DNA of 64,000 nucleotides from Hypomesus transpacificus (GCF_021917145.1 NC_061076.1:13160768-13224767); one strand, 5' to 3'. Positions 38,301-51,216 are shown, counted from the first letter of the stretch. Made by a program: numbers and translations. The notes: generated by a model not told the origin, from the letters alone.

Positions 38301-38914
38301 CAACGTCACAAGATTAGCGTAAGGGGTCCTATTATCGTCCACCTAGGTTAGTTCTCGACGCTCGTTAGCAATATTACTAAAATGTCGTTATAATACAAAT
38401 TTAAAACGTTATGTCACAACATTGTACTTTAATATATAGATACACACCTATATTATAACATTCCGGTTTTGAAATTCAATCAGGATATGCCTAGAAATGT
38501 TACTTTACTGATTTTAGCAGTTAGCCAGGGGGTCCCATTATCGTCCACCCAATCACTTTCAATGGAGAAATGTCAGTTTGAAGCTGCGGAAGGCAGGTGC
38601 TACACATACGGTTTGAGAGCGTATTTACATACTAAAATCTCAAAGTAAGAAGCTGTAATTTGGTGTGCAGCAATATAAGATGTGTACATAACGATGAGTT
38701 ACTTTCTTTCATTGCTCCTGCATATCTTCTTAAGAAATTAACGGAAGAAACGGTTGTGGACGATAATGGGGACCCAAACGTTGGAGATTAAGAGTGGATG
38801 ATAATAGGGCCCTTTACACTACGTTGCGGCAAACTACTGGCTCCCCATAGATGCACGGTCCCGCAACGTCGCGGCAACGTATGTTTGGTCATCGCGTGAC
38901 GTTGCGACAAGTAA

Positions 38915-40090
38915 CGGTGCGTTCACACTGCAGCGGGCGGGCAGAGCGGGGCGTCGGCTTCCAATTCATTTTCAATGTAACCAGGCGTTAACGCCCGCGT
39001 AGGGCATTGTGGGAAGGCGAGCGGGGCGTCGACGCTCGCGTAGGGTATTGTGGGAAGGCGAGCGGGGCGGCGAAAGTTGGATTTTCTGAACTTTATGTAA
39101 ATGACGAGCGTGAAAACGCCAGCGATGGCCAATCGGGTTGGTTTCTTGTAACGTAGCAACTGTTGGTCATAGTAAACATTTCTAGGTTTGACAATTTCAA
39201 GATGGAAGATCAACTCATCGTATGTGTGTCTTCATACCCAGTATTGTATGATACGTATATGTTCGATTACAGAGACAAACAAAAAAAATGATGCCTGGCG
39301 CAGGGTTGCTGAGGTTGTCGGCGTCCCTGGTGTGTTGTATTTTGTACTTTAATTCAGTTTCTTCACATTACGTAACTTTCTTCTGTGCTAGCTGCATAGT
39401 CTAGCTAGCTCACCCGGCATACGATTGACATTCAACGCTGAAATGCTGGCTGGCAGCCACTCGCTATCCATACAGTGAATGTGTAGTGGCAAGTCATAAT
39501 CTAGCGATTGATTTGCAGACATTTCGAGTAATATAATAAAAGGTTACACATGTCAACGTTTATGTCTGATGCATCTTTTTTCCAGCCGGAACAAGACCCG
39601 TTCCATAGAGTGCAGGTGGGATTTAATCTTTCACTCGGCCTAAAAAAAGTGTGGAAAAAGATAACCTATTGTGTGCTGTAGATAAGATCATGTCAGATCT
39701 AGAATGCGTGTCGGATTTTTGCTTAATGTGTGTAAAAGTTGTATTTTGTCCGCACATTTGCCATGACATTATACGAACTACAACAGTGATTTAAGAGAAC
39801 TACAGCTCTGAATGAATCTGTCTGACACGCCCCCGAGCGTGGTGCACTTTGGGAAGGCCGGCGGTGCTGAGCGGTAAAAAAAAGTCTGCAGTGTGAACGC
39901 ACCGTAAAGTTAAGAAAATCCAACTTTCGCCGCCCCGCTCGCCTTCCCACAATACCCTACGCGAGCGTCGACGCCCCGCTCGCCTTCCCACAATGCCCTA
40001 CGCGGGCGTCAACGCCTGGTTACATTGAAAATGAATTGGAAGCCGACGCCCCGCTCTGCCCACCCCGCTGCAGTGTGAACGCACCGTAAG
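38915..40090. mobile_element. non-autonomous DNA transposon with ~185-bp TIRs containing internal 34-bp direct repeats; candidate TAA TSD (Harbinger-type MITE?)
   Basis: 38918 cggtgcgttcacactgcagcgggcgggcagagcggggcgtcggcttccaattcattttcaatgtaaccaggcgtt... is rc of 39900-40088; flanks gtaa|cggtgcg and cgcaccg|taag. Confidence 0.55.
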
Positions 40091-40492
40091 GGCAACGTAA
40101 ATGTGTTAGCTCGGTTGCTATCGCCAATTTACTCCAGATCGGCACACAGGTGCTTCAAAGTCCCTAGAAACGATTTAGCTTTTGCAACGAGACAATTTCA
40201 GATAATTATGACAATGGTAGAATATAGTATAGTTCAGTATCGCTAACCATGGCAAATGGATTTCGAACTACAATATCCGTGCTGATCTTGGATTAAATTG
40301 ACGATAGCAAAGTTTCCATCTTTTGACGACGCCAAATGGAATAGGTGCTAGCTAATGTTTGCTCCATCGGTTTCTTTGCTAGCTATGCAAATGCAGCTAG
40401 CTTAGTGTGTGTGAACCCTGCCAACATAGTGAAACCGCTATGGTGCGATAACTGGATTAATTTCACGTTAGCTAGGCCTACCTGCATTTCAG

Positions 40493-40826
40493 ATTAGTGA
40501 TGGGAAGTTCGGTTCTTTTTACTGATTCGGTTCTTTGAATCTCGTTCAGTAAAATGAACGAATCTTTTTTCGAGTCATTTGTTCATTTCAGGGGGGGGGG
40601 GGGGGGGGGGGGGGGGTTGGGGGCTATACGTCCACTGCAAAGGACGTATAGCCCCTATTAGTGATGGGAAGTTCGGTTCTTTTTACTGATTCGGTTCTTT
40701 GAATCTCGTTCAGTAAAATGAACGAATCTTTTTTCGAGTCATTTGTTCATTTCAGGAGGGGGGGGGGGGGGGGTGGTTGGGGGCTATACGTCCACTGCAA
40801 AGGACGTATAGCCCCTATACGTCCAC
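40493..40826. repeat. 167-bp tandem duplication x2, each with G(25-27) homopolymer and a perfect 13-bp-stem hairpin gggctatacgtcc-actgcaaa-ggacgtatagccc
   Basis: Direct reading. Confidence 0.85.
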
Positions 40827-41129
40827 TGTAGGTTAGTGCATGACATGTGCACCAGCAAATACTATTTCAAAATAAACTCCTGCATTAAAATAATGTATCA
40901 TGAGTTTGTATGATTTGGTCATGTATTATCACACTAGCATTTAATTATCACGTCAAACAATTACACTGCACTAAACTGTAAGTGTAAATGTAAAGTGAAA
41001 ATAACAAAACCAGTCAGTATGATGACTTGAGCGAATATCATTCATTCACGTCTTACTAAAACAGCGGCCACGCGAAAGGGAATAAGGAAACTGTTTCCTC
41101 TACAAAAAAATACAATGCGGGTCACGTGA

Positions 41130-41560
41130 AAAAAGGATCCAAAGACTCGTAGAAAGACCGAGTCGGTGAAGGAACTAATCATTCGTTTCCTCTAGCTACA
41201 GAGCCTATGCAGGTCACGTGAAAAATGATCCAAAGACTCGTAGAAAGACCGAGTCGGGAAAGGAACTAATCATTCGTTTCCTCTAGCTACAGAGCCTATG
41301 CAGGTCACGTGAAAAATGATCCAAAGACTCGTAGAAAGACCGAGTCGGGAAAGGAACGAATCGTTCGTTTCCTCTTGCTACAGCCTATACAGGTCACGTG
41401 AAAAATGATCCAAAGACTCGTAGAAAGACCGAGTCGGGAAAGGAACGAATCGTTCGTTTCCTCTAGCTACAGAGCCTATGCAGGTCACGTGAAAAATGAT
41501 CCAAAGACTCGTAGAAAGACCGAGTCGGGAAATGAACGAATCACTCGTTGAGAGGACTCG
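41130..41560. repeat. ~87-bp tandem repeat x5 (gtcacgtgaaaaatgatccaaagactcgtagaaagaccgagtcgggaaaggaac(t/g)aatc(a/g)ttcgtttcctctagctacagagcctatgcag)
   Basis: Direct reading; contains cacgtg E-box in each unit. Confidence 0.85.
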
Positions 41561-41857
41561 TTACTCCCGAGTCCTTATAAGGATTCGTTCAAAATGAACG
41601 AATCGTTCACGAACGACACATCACTATTTCAGATACACTCAAGTCAGATAAGGAACAACACTGGGTTGCACCAGCTATGCGTACATTCAAACGTAGCCTA
41701 GTTTGAACGTATCTACTAATTTAGGTCGGAGTTTACGCGCTACTAATATTTAAGCGTTGCACCAACTTAAAAAGTTCCAACGTAGTCATAAATTACAACT
41801 TACATTTTACACCTAGCCCTTAGAGGGTGTAAAGTCCTCCGTAAAATAACGGTTGGA

Positions 41858-43017
41858 ATGGCGCATCGTTTTGAAAGGTGGGATCATTTGGAGGACGAGG
41901 AGGAGATGATAATAATGCCTGTTTTGCGTCGGCAACATGTTCTTCGCGATAGGTTACACCCCTTAGACATATATGACGACTTTGATTTATACTCGCGCTT
42001 TCGTTTTCCAAGAGCGAAGATACAGACAATTACCGATCTGCTAGCTGCAGGCTTGCAGCACGACTCCGACAGAAACGGGGCCCTAAGTCCGTCCTTACAA
42101 GTGTGCCTGGCATTACGCTATTTCGCTACGGGCTCATTTCAAAACTTGGTTGGGGATTCAATTCAAGTGCATAAATCTACAGTTTGTAGAGCAATTAGAA
42201 AAGTCGCACTATCATTGTGTAAGCGCTTGAACGATTATGTAAAGTTTCCAACTCAACCTGAGCCACAAAACACGACCCGTCAGAAACTCCATCAGATAGC
42301 CGGTTTCCCTGACATACTTGGCTGTGTAGATGGCACCCACATCAGAATTAAGGGACCCAAAGACAACGAGAATGACTTTGTGAACAGGAAGGGATACCAC
42401 TCGATCAACACACAGATTGTATGTGATGCTGACCTTTTAATTACAAATACAGTGATAAAATGGCCAGGGGCAAGCAATCTAGCCTTTAGAGAGATTTTGA
42501 GGCTGGACGATACTCCGGGAGGTTGCTAGGAGATTCAGGGTATCCCTTGAGAAAATGGCTTATGACCCCATACCTAAACCCAGCAAGTGTCAGTGAGCAG
42601 TGCTACAATTCAGCACACACCAAGACCAGAAATGTGGTAGAGCGGTGCATAGGTGTTCTGAAGAACCGATGGGCCTGTTTGCACAGAGGTATCCAGCTAT
42701 ATTTTATTCTAACTTCATTGCCTACTTAATTTTAAGCACTGCAGGCTCTGGATCCTCACATAGCCTTTTATGTCCCCAAATGAATACCTACATGCCTTCC
42801 TTTTGTCATAGGCATCTTGATGGAGCCTCACAGAGCTGCCGCTGTAGCTGGTGCCTGCATTGTCCTACACAACATGGCAATGATGTGGAAAGTACCACTG
42901 GTGGAGGAAAGAAATGCAGATGATAGGGGTGACATAGACATTCCCTTCGGCGAGGACAACCTACCAACTGAGGCTACCACTGTCCGGACCTATCTTACTA
43001 CATCCTACTTTGGATGA
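41858..43017 (+). pseudogene. PIF/Harbinger (HARBI1-like, DDE_Tnp_4) transposase; frameshift near 42510 and possible intron/indel 42730-42816
   Basis: GFPDILGCVDGTHIRIKGP...FVNRKGYHSINTQIVCDADLLITNTVIKWPGASN | LLGDSGYPLRKWLMTPY...NSAHTKTRNVVERCIGVLKNRWACL | ...AGACIVLHNMA in three frames. Confidence 0.7.
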
Positions 43018-43352
43018 GCTGCTAATAAATAACCTCCCAGGGGCATGAACAAAAACTGTATATTGCAATACATTTATTAGGTATAGGCCTACTGCAAAAC
43101 AAGAACACGATAGCTAAAAAATAATTATCCAAATATTTGAAATAAGAAACTGCACAAATAAATAATAATTATCAATAAAAAAATATAATAGAAATGGTAA
43201 AATATTATTATTTATCCATTTATTCTGCCCCAATTAGAGTTGTCTGAATGCTATGGCTCATTTGAAAGTGTGATGACGTATCCCTTTGTTTTAAGATCTT
43301 CTTTTAGTGTTAATATTTCTATGTTCAATTTGATCTTTTCAAGCTCAATTTT

Positions 43353-44060
43353 TTATGTTTCTGCTTGTATCTTTTCTGTTTCCTGTTTGAGCTTTTCAAT
43401 TTCCGCTTTAAAGAGTTGACATCTCAGTGTGTCAATATTTTCCACTGTGCAAGGAGTAGGAGGCCTTCTGTTGCCTTTAGCACGCTTGGCTGCTGGTGGT
43501 AGGTGGGTGTTGGAGCCATCCTGAGGTGTCTCAAGCAGACATGTTTCTGCAGGTGGGGAGAGGGGTTGTTCGGCTGTATGAGGGGGAGGTGGTGCTGGTG
43601 TTGGTGCGAGGGCTGTTGCTGGGAGAGATTTTGGAGAAACTGGTGCCGGAGCATCTTCTGCTGTTCCACTCTCAACCCCACATGAAATCCCAATTACTGA
43701 GGGGGAGTCCTCACCAACAATGTCCAATACAAGAGATGAATATGGTCCCATGTCTGGCTTTGGTCCACCTCCTGTTGGGACATTTCGTGGAAAGTCCTCA
43801 ACGGCTTGCATCTTTAAATCACTCCACTTCTTTCTAACTTTCTTGACATCCCTGTGCTCCACTCCTTTCGAATTGATGGTGTCTGTGATGTCCTCCCATA
43901 TTTGTTGTTTCACTTTATTTGTTACAAAGGTGTTAAATGTGGATTCTAATGGTCCTTTGTTTAATTTATATTTTGAAAGCAGGATGAGGATTTCTTCATG
44001 GGTGAAGTTTTTCTTTCTTGGCCTACGGTCAGACATTGCCAAATTCCTGAAACAGCACAA
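43353..44060 (-). CDS. Harbinger-associated Myb/SANT-like DNA-binding protein (Myb_DNA-bind_5-type), intact 235-aa ORF, convergent with transposase
   Basis: FTHEEILILLSKYKLNKGPLESTFNTFVTNKVKQQIWEDITDTINSKGVEHRDVKKVRKKWSDLK. Confidence 0.65.
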   Translation of the reverse strand: MCCFRNLAMSDRRPRKKNFTHEEILILLSKYKLNKGPLESTFNTFVTNKVKQQIWEDITDTINSKGVEHRDVKKVRKKWSDLKMQAVEDFPRNVPTGGGPKPDMGPYSSLVLDIVGEDSPSVIGISCGVESGTAEDAPAPVSPKSLPATALAPTPAPPPPHTAEQPLSPPAETCLLETPQDGSNTHLPPAAKRAKGNRRPPTPCTVENIDTLRCQLFKAEIEKLKQETEKIQAET

Positions 44061-47000
44061 ACTAATGTGTCAACAGCATTAAACTGTTATTAAACTAGAT
44101 TAACTAAGGTAACTTGACTAACGTAACATTTTGACGGTAACATTATATTGTTGAAGAGCAAATATAACCCCATTTTGGATTAGATAGCTAACTTTAAACA
44201 ATTCTAATTGATAGTAACAGTTTGCCAGTGTAGGCCATCATTATGTTTTTGTTATAATGTTACAATTTCGCCTGCCCAGTAATAGAATACAGTACTGTAA
44301 CTACAGCAGGCTACTACTAGTACAGCTTGTTACAACTGTAACTAGTTAGCTGTTGCAGCCGTTATGAACCCTGGCCTGATTTCTTAAGAGTTGACGGTTT
44401 CACTGATCACCACTCGTCTTCACTGTGTTGCACTAGCTGTTTACATGAAGAAGAAGGTAGTACTCTAGTTATCACCTTACAATTTTTCCTAGTTGACGTA
44501 GTCTAGATACCTTTTTTTTTGTTGTTTCGTGATTATCGTTTTGCCGTTAGCCTCTTGTAGATGCGTAACGCTAGCTAAGTGTTCAAACTGATAGATGGGC
44601 ACGAGAGACATGTTTGAAGTGCACGTTCTTGCCTACAAAAACTATCACGGTCACATTAAAAACAACAGTAAACACAATGAATGACAACACAAGTACTTTA
44701 TTTCGGAGATGATCATTGCATAAATGAAAGAGTGCCTACCACAGATGTACGTTAAGTTACATCGTTAGCTTGTACTAAGTTAGCTGAGTAGCTAGTCTAT
44801 GAAACCCACCTAGCGTTATCATTTGTCAGCTGTTTTCATAATATTTGTTGACAACACGGTACTAAAACACGTACGCACAGCTGGTGCAACAGGCTGCAGA
44901 ACTGCATATAGCTTCTCTCTGACTCTAATTCAAACAGCTGGTGATGTTACTTAGCTAGCTACATAGTGACCAATGTGGGGAAAGTGAATGAATGTTTTAT
45001 TGTATTGAGTGGTAGAAATAAATTGTCAAACTAATCCTTTCTTATGACTACTTACTGGACATCAGACACAAACAAATACTGTCCGATTTTCACACATGCA
45101 CCTGCATCACTCCTGAAGGCTGGGGCTGAGGATCAAACCATTGTGGGACCAAGGGCGGGGTTTACAATCATTTAAAACTTTAAAAAGCGCCATTGTGTCC
45201 ATAATCAGAAAAGCGCTTTCATTGCATATTATTAATGTTATTGAAATTACATAGTTATGTTTACAGTGATTTATTAAGGGGGACAAATCATATTTTTCCC
45301 AGGATTGGGTTCTCAGAGTAAATCACCATTGACACTGACCAAAAGTTCTCGTTACCTCTCTTTCTGGAACGGAAAACCCAGAGTTTGCCTCATTTTAGGG
45401 TTGCCCATCTCAGGGTTTCACTAAACCCGTTTTCTGGAATACCCCCCAGATCTTGCTGGATTTGTCTCTCTGAGCTACCCGTCTGTTTCTATAGTAACTC
45501 AATATTGATTGTACCAATGTAGCTGGACCCCTCTGCAGGCTAGCAACTCATTGTCTTTGGAATTGAACAAGTACCTACTTGGCTGTGTTAGAGATAACTA
45601 ACTAGATGCCTTGCCTTTACGGTATTCACCTGCTAAAGATAGTGTAAATTCAGCCACGTAACGCGTTAACTATCTTGCTAGTGTGTATAAAGCTTCCATT
45701 CAGATGGGCTGCTACTGTTTTGCTAGCTACAGAAGCTAGAGCTATACATTGTCCAAATGTGTTCCAAATGTTAGCTAACAAGTTAAATTACGCAATACCT
45801 TTATTAACTGTAATTTAAATTGGACAGCTAACCCAAGGAAACCTATATGTTTGGTTAACTAGCTAGCCACAACCAACAAAGGAAGACCACAGAGATGAGA
45901 AACTACCAAATTATATCTGGGAATAGAGGAAGTAGTTGGCACTGATAACTGGAGATGACTCAGGCGGGAATAGTGGTACGTTTTAACATATTTCCTAAGT
46001 CTTTGTCTTATCGTACTAGTAAAAAAAATTGTTTCATTAGCGTTACATGTCCACGTTGCATATTGCATTTAATCTGCTCCTGCATAAATTCAGTTGAATT
46101 GCAGGACAAGTTATCCTTACTTCACAACATGAGAAATGGTTGAAATGCGTGAGAATTACGAGGTTTTGAGTGAGAGCGTGAGATATGGCTGAAATGCGTG
46201 AGTCAGAGAGCCCTGAGTTAGATTGACGCCTGGCCCGTAGCCAGCCTAGTGGAAGGGGGGCAGTTTATCCCATCATTTTGTCTTTAATTATGATTTTTGT
46301 GCTGACAAATTCTGGATCTTTGGCAGTGAGCCAAAGCGAACTACCCGAAACCCTCCTTGTCCACGGGCCTGGATGCATTGTTAAGTTACTATCTGGCAAG
46401 CAAATGGCTGGCTCATCCCCTCAACTGTCTTTCTTCTTGTCATCCAACTGTAGGTATTGCCCATATGGGGTCTGGCACTTCCTCTTCCTGCCGTGCTTCT
46501 GATAGCTGTTGGCCTTTACATGATCTTACTCGCAATGGTGCTATGGTTTCGTCATTGCCTTAAGGTATCTGCTACAGAACAGTCCGTCAGTCATCATTGT
46601 TTTAATAATTACTAGGCACAAAATTATGAATTATACACACCATATCATTATGAAAATAAGTATCATATTGTGACTTAATAATCAGCTCCAAATGATAATA
46701 AAGGAAAAAGGCTCAAGAAAATGGTTGAATGGAGATTGACAGAATTGTGTCTTGCCCTCAGGATCACTGCTGCTCAGAGTGTGGAGAGTGCTGTCCAAAT
46801 ATTGCACCTTTTGAATACTGCATTGCATGTGCAGAATCTTGTGACTGTCGTTTTCCATCACTTCGCTCCTTTCTTGATCAAATGTGCCCATCTCCTTCTG
46901 TGAGTATGCCAGTGAGTCAGTCATTCAGTATAGACTAGATTTATTGATCCAAAAACAAGACTGTTATGTTATTGTAGTAGTTCCAATTGTTTTTAAACTT

Positions 47001-48242
47001 GGGAAACACAAATAAATATTTGTATCAGCTGCTTTGTAGCTATACTAAGTAATAACTTAGCTAGTACTTATTATTAAGTCAAATACAATAATATAGTAAA
47101 ATATACTTATTTTTAATAATTGCATGCACTAAGTTCTATCATTCTTTCTGTAGTCTCTACAGTGGCCTGCATGGGACTGTGCCTGCACCTGCCAGGCTCC
47201 GGAGTGTGAGTCATGCAATTGCCTCTGCTTTGAGATCAAGGTCAGGTAGACCAAGTCCAAGCATTGCATAGAACTGAAAGACAGTGTGTGATTTTATTTG
47301 GGCCTCAGACAAAGTGGTGGACTACCATCCACCCAAAATTGTTGTTTTGTGTAGTCAGTAAATGTGTAAAGCAACTGTATGATATCCATAAGAGTGCCAT
47401 GGATGTGTCACTGGGAAACCAACCATGTGAAGTCAGTTCAAGTACTATATGCATGAAGTGTCAATGCTTCACTCCACAAGTTCTTGAAAAGCGTGCTGCA
47501 TGTTTCATACAAGTCGTAATTAGCTTTTGCCTTATTTAAACATTCTACATTTGAGATTACTATATATTCAGATGTCACCCAGTTCAAATTTTATATGACA
47601 ATACTAGGTGTGCTTTGCACATCTGAGTCTGATCATTTAAATGTATTTTTCTTAACATTTGTATGTTGAAAGGATTTTGTGGTACTGTGAAAATGAAATG
47701 AAAACAGGACTAAAATGTGTTTTTAAGGTTTTCTGAAATAAAAAGAGAATGGCATTTAAACTGTTGTTTTGTTCTTAAACATGATGAGATTTCTATGCAG
47801 TATTCCTTGGAGCTTTTGTGATTTTTGCCACATGTTGACCATCTCAAATTTGGACCACTTTAAACCAAGACACAATGACAGTGGATTTCTGGTTTTAATG
47901 TACAGGAGAACAATCCTTTGACCCTAAAACGAGAGGTCCAGACAATGACAAACACATGACAGAGCATAAGGGATAGCTGGAAGAAAACATGATTTCTGCC
48001 AAACAAGCTGTCAATACAAGTAGTGTAGAGAGATAAAAATATTTTATCAGACAAAAATATACAGTGTGCAGGACCAAACCTTCCACATTAAGAAACATTT
48101 AAAAAAAAATGTATAAATGTACTGCATTAAAATATGTAAAGTACATAGTAAACATGTCCCCCAACAGTTTAGTTCTTCCCTTGATCAGTCAGTGACCAGA
48201 CTACCCCTTAGCAGCACAAAGTCAGCTTTACTATTGAATCGT

Positions 48243-48445
48243 AGGGAGCCAGGTGGCTGAGCGGTTAGGGAGTTGGGCTAGTAATCTGAAGGTTGCCAGT
48301 TCGATTCCCGGCCGTGTCCAAATGACGATGTGTCCTTGGGCAAGGCACTTCACCCTACTTGCCTCGGGGGCAATGTCCCTGTACTTACTGTAAGTCGCTC
48401 TGGATAAGAGCGTCTGCTAAATGACTAAATGTAAATGTAAATGAA
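48243..48445 (+). mobile_element. tRNA-derived SINE, full length
   Basis: agggagccaggtggctgagcggttagggagttgggctagtaatctgaaggttgccagttcgattcccggccgtg...gtaagtcgctctggataagagcgtctgctaaatgactaaatgtaaatg. Confidence 0.85.
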
Positions 48446-49289
48446 TCAACGCACACCCGGAGACCCTACTGGCCCCAATAATAAATAAATGTCTCAGAAA
48501 AAATTGTCAATTTCCCTGAGCACAGCCAGGATGTGAATTACATAACATTGGTCGGACTGCGGCAGAAAATGGTCAAAGACTAATCAATAGCCTACTGTTT
48601 CAATTAGTAAGTGTGAATTTATGGTGAATACATGCTGTGGCTGGTAATTGACATGTGGCTAAAGAGAGACTATTCCTTGACTGAGACTCTGACCCCTGAA
48701 AGCCTGTAAAACAATGCAATTCTGAACCTTCTGCTGTATTTTCTATATGCACTAATGTATGTTGCGGAGGGAGAACACAACAGTTATATAGCCTGCGTAC
48801 CAACAGGCCTAGAACGTGCCCCCGGGGCCAACAGTAGGCTACCGTTTGAGGGAATTGAACCCTGAACCTTCTTGCTTTGAGGCAACAGTGCAAATCACCT
48901 TGCCATCTTTACATTTTATGTGTAAAATTTTTGGTTCCACTTTTTCTAATCAGTTCAGTCGTGAGACAGTCTACTCAGATGCAGTGCTCGTAAAAACCTT
49001 TCAGATGAGACTTGAGCACGTAAAGGGTGCGCATGCTGCATGAGACTTGAGCACGTAAAGGGTGCGCATACTGCATGTGAGATCCGTCACGTACAGCCCA
49101 TCTAGTTACTCCAAAAATCACGCCCTCTTTCTCAGCCGTCAGCCAAAAAGACACGCCTTGTAAATGCAGACAATCCAACCACTGTTCACCAAAAAAGCAT
49201 CGTCTATTTTTATTGGAAGAAGCAATTGGTCAATCTGACTCAAACAGCTTTTGATTGGTGGTTTATCTTGAGATCAGTTTCAGGAAAAG

Positions 49290-49426
49290 ACGAATTATTC
49301 GTCACGGGCACTCCCTGTCACTTCACACGATTAAGCAGTACTGAACATCCTTCATCATTGCTTGGTGTTGCAACAGAAAGCAGCTTTTTTCTATCACAAA
49401 TTGGTTTATATTGCGCAGAACATTTG
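49290..49426 (+). other. candidate non-coding first exon / promoter of the aldolase gene (inverted CCAAT boxes at ~49220-49260, GTAAGT donor at 49427)
   Basis: caattggtcaatctgac...gattggtgg; ...gcagaacatttg|gtaagtc; coding exon begins right after a (CT)n-ag acceptor at 50098, implying an upstream 5' UTR exon. Confidence 0.25.
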
Positions 49427-50017
49427 GTAAGTCATTAAACTGTGCATAAATATGATTAGCCATGCAAATGTCTGTTTTCTACTTGTAAGGATTATGTAAC
49501 CGTCCACATATAAAACATTTTTGTAATTTGTAGTGGTGGCTGTGTCTATCTGCTACTCCTAGTGCAATACAAGGTCATTTGGATGCAAGGACAGACGCGG
49601 AAGTACCTTTCTGTCAGGACTTCGTCAATCGATCACTTTAATGGTGGCGTTGTAGCGTATATAAATTAAAACTGTATAGTAAATTAATGTTAAAAAAAAA
49701 CACTTTGGCCTTACTAAACTAAATCTACGAATATAACATTTTGTATACGCCCACATAAGTCAAAAAGCATAGCCTACTCACGACGGTATGCCAAATATGG
49801 CCACGATATAACTGGCTGTTGATACTTCATGTTTGAAAATAAATACGTGCAGTAGGCCACTCGGTCTAGCAGACCAAGGTTATCATAAGCGGACAGAAAA
49901 CGATTGCAGTCGCCTTATCCGAATTTTAATGGTCTGACAAATGCATTAATATTAGTTTCAAATTAATAATTTTGTAGCACAATCAACTGGTTTAATGACA
50001 CTGCACCATCGATTTCT

Positions 50018-50034
50018 CGCTCTCTGTCTCTCTG

Positions 50035-50098
<64 letters not shown>
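50018..50098 (+). repeat. (CT)n microsatellite forming the polypyrimidine tract and AG acceptor of the first coding exon
   Basis: ctctgtctctctgtc(tc)n...tctctcag|aatcaggATG. Confidence 0.85.
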
Positions 50099-50105
50099 AA
50101 TCAGG

Positions 50106-50217
50106 ATGCCACACGCCTACCCATTCCTCACTCCCGAGCAGAAAAAGGAGCTCAGTGACATCGCTCAGAGAATTGTTGCACCTGGAAAGGGAATCCTTGC
50201 AGCTGATGAGTCCACAG
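50106..50217 (+). CDS. fructose-bisphosphate aldolase (class I; A/C-type), coding exon 1: [38 protein letters not shown]
   Basis: ATG at 50106; GTACTG donor after 50217; matches vertebrate aldolase N-terminus. Confidence 0.9.
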
Positions 50218-50671
50218 GTACTGTCAGAGACACTCACCCATCACATAATCTCACCATTAACCTAGAACTGTGTCTTAAATTATCTAACTCAGTCTGGGGG
50301 ACGTTATAACAGGACTGTTAACTTCCCCTAAAGAATAACACAAATACGCACTGAGACGGAGTTAAGTTTTCTGTTGAGTTAAGAGCTGTTATACAGAGTT
50401 AAATACCAGCCAATCAGAAACAGCAGCATGACCACCCTTATATATTTGTAGGCAAAAGACCAATTAAATTAGTGCTGTTCTTACATGAGCATTGACATAT
50501 CATTCCACACTCCTGTGACCATGGTCACAGACACATCTCAATCATGCTTAGGAAGTGAAACCTCATTCTGCCATAACATGTAGTCTACAGTAAGGTGACA
50601 CCAGTAGACATGCCAGTGTGGATCTCTTACATGTTAACTTCTTTCCCTCCCGTGCGCCTCCTCCTGTTCAG

Positions 50672-50938
50672 GCAGCGTCGCTAAGCGCTTTCAGAGCATC
50701 AATGCCGAAAACACAGAGGAAAACCGTCGCCTCTACCGCCAGCTTCTCTTCACCGCTGATGACCGTGTGGCACCCTGCATCGGCGGAGTAATTTTCTTCC
50801 ACGAGACTCTCTACCAGAAAACCGATGAGGGCAAGCAGTTCCCCCAGCTGATCAAGGACAGGGGCATGGTGGTGGGCATCAAGGTGGATAAGGGTGTGGT
50901 GCCCCTGGCTGGCACCAACGGAGAGACCACCACGCAGG
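50672..50938 (+). CDS. aldolase coding exon 2 (267 nt; equals fused mammalian exons of 212+55 nt): [49 protein letters not shown]...[13 protein letters not shown]
   Basis: ttcag acceptor ending 50671; GTGAGA donor at 50939; phase 1 in / phase 1 out. Confidence 0.9.
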
Positions 50939-51055
50939 GTGAGAATTGGAGACCCCAAGGCCCCCATCTCACTTGACCCTTAAAGGAATGGGCATTAATA
51001 ACAAGCACACAGTAGCCATGGCTTTCAATATTTTAATTTTCTGTCTTTCCCTCAG

Positions 51056-51216
51056 GTTTGGATGGGCTGTATGAGCGCTGTGCTCAGTACAAGAAGGACG
51101 GAGCTGACTTTGCAAAGTGGCGCTGTGTGCTGAAGATCACCCCCACTACTCCTTCTAACCTGGCCATCATTGAGAATGCCAATGTCCTGGCCCGCTATGC
51201 CAGCATCTGCCAGATG
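51056..51216 (+). CDS. aldolase coding exon 3: [53 protein letters not shown]
   Basis: ctcag acceptor ending 51055; GTGAAA donor at 51217. Confidence 0.85.

Noticed and set aside
42212-42477. Minus-strand ORFs 42212-42400 and 42292-42477
   Set aside because: They are antisense to the Harbinger transposase coding region.
43424-44082. + strand ORFs 43496-43837, 43503-43685, 43720-44082 and - strand 43424-43693
   Set aside because: They overlap or lie antisense to the Myb/SANT-like ORF (43353-44060, -), which is the only frame with a recognisable domain.
49995-50309. ORF track protein MTLHHRF...SLSLSLSL...RIRMPHAY extending the aldolase N-terminus upstream
   Set aside because: The upstream part is a translation of the (CT)n microsatellite or intron. 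The true start is the ATG at 50106, which matches vertebrate aldolase, and the exon ends at the GT donor at 50218.
50668-51008. Minus-strand ORFs 50668-50967 and 50811-51008
   Set aside because: They are antisense to aldolase coding exon 2 and arise from GC-rich codon-biased sequence.
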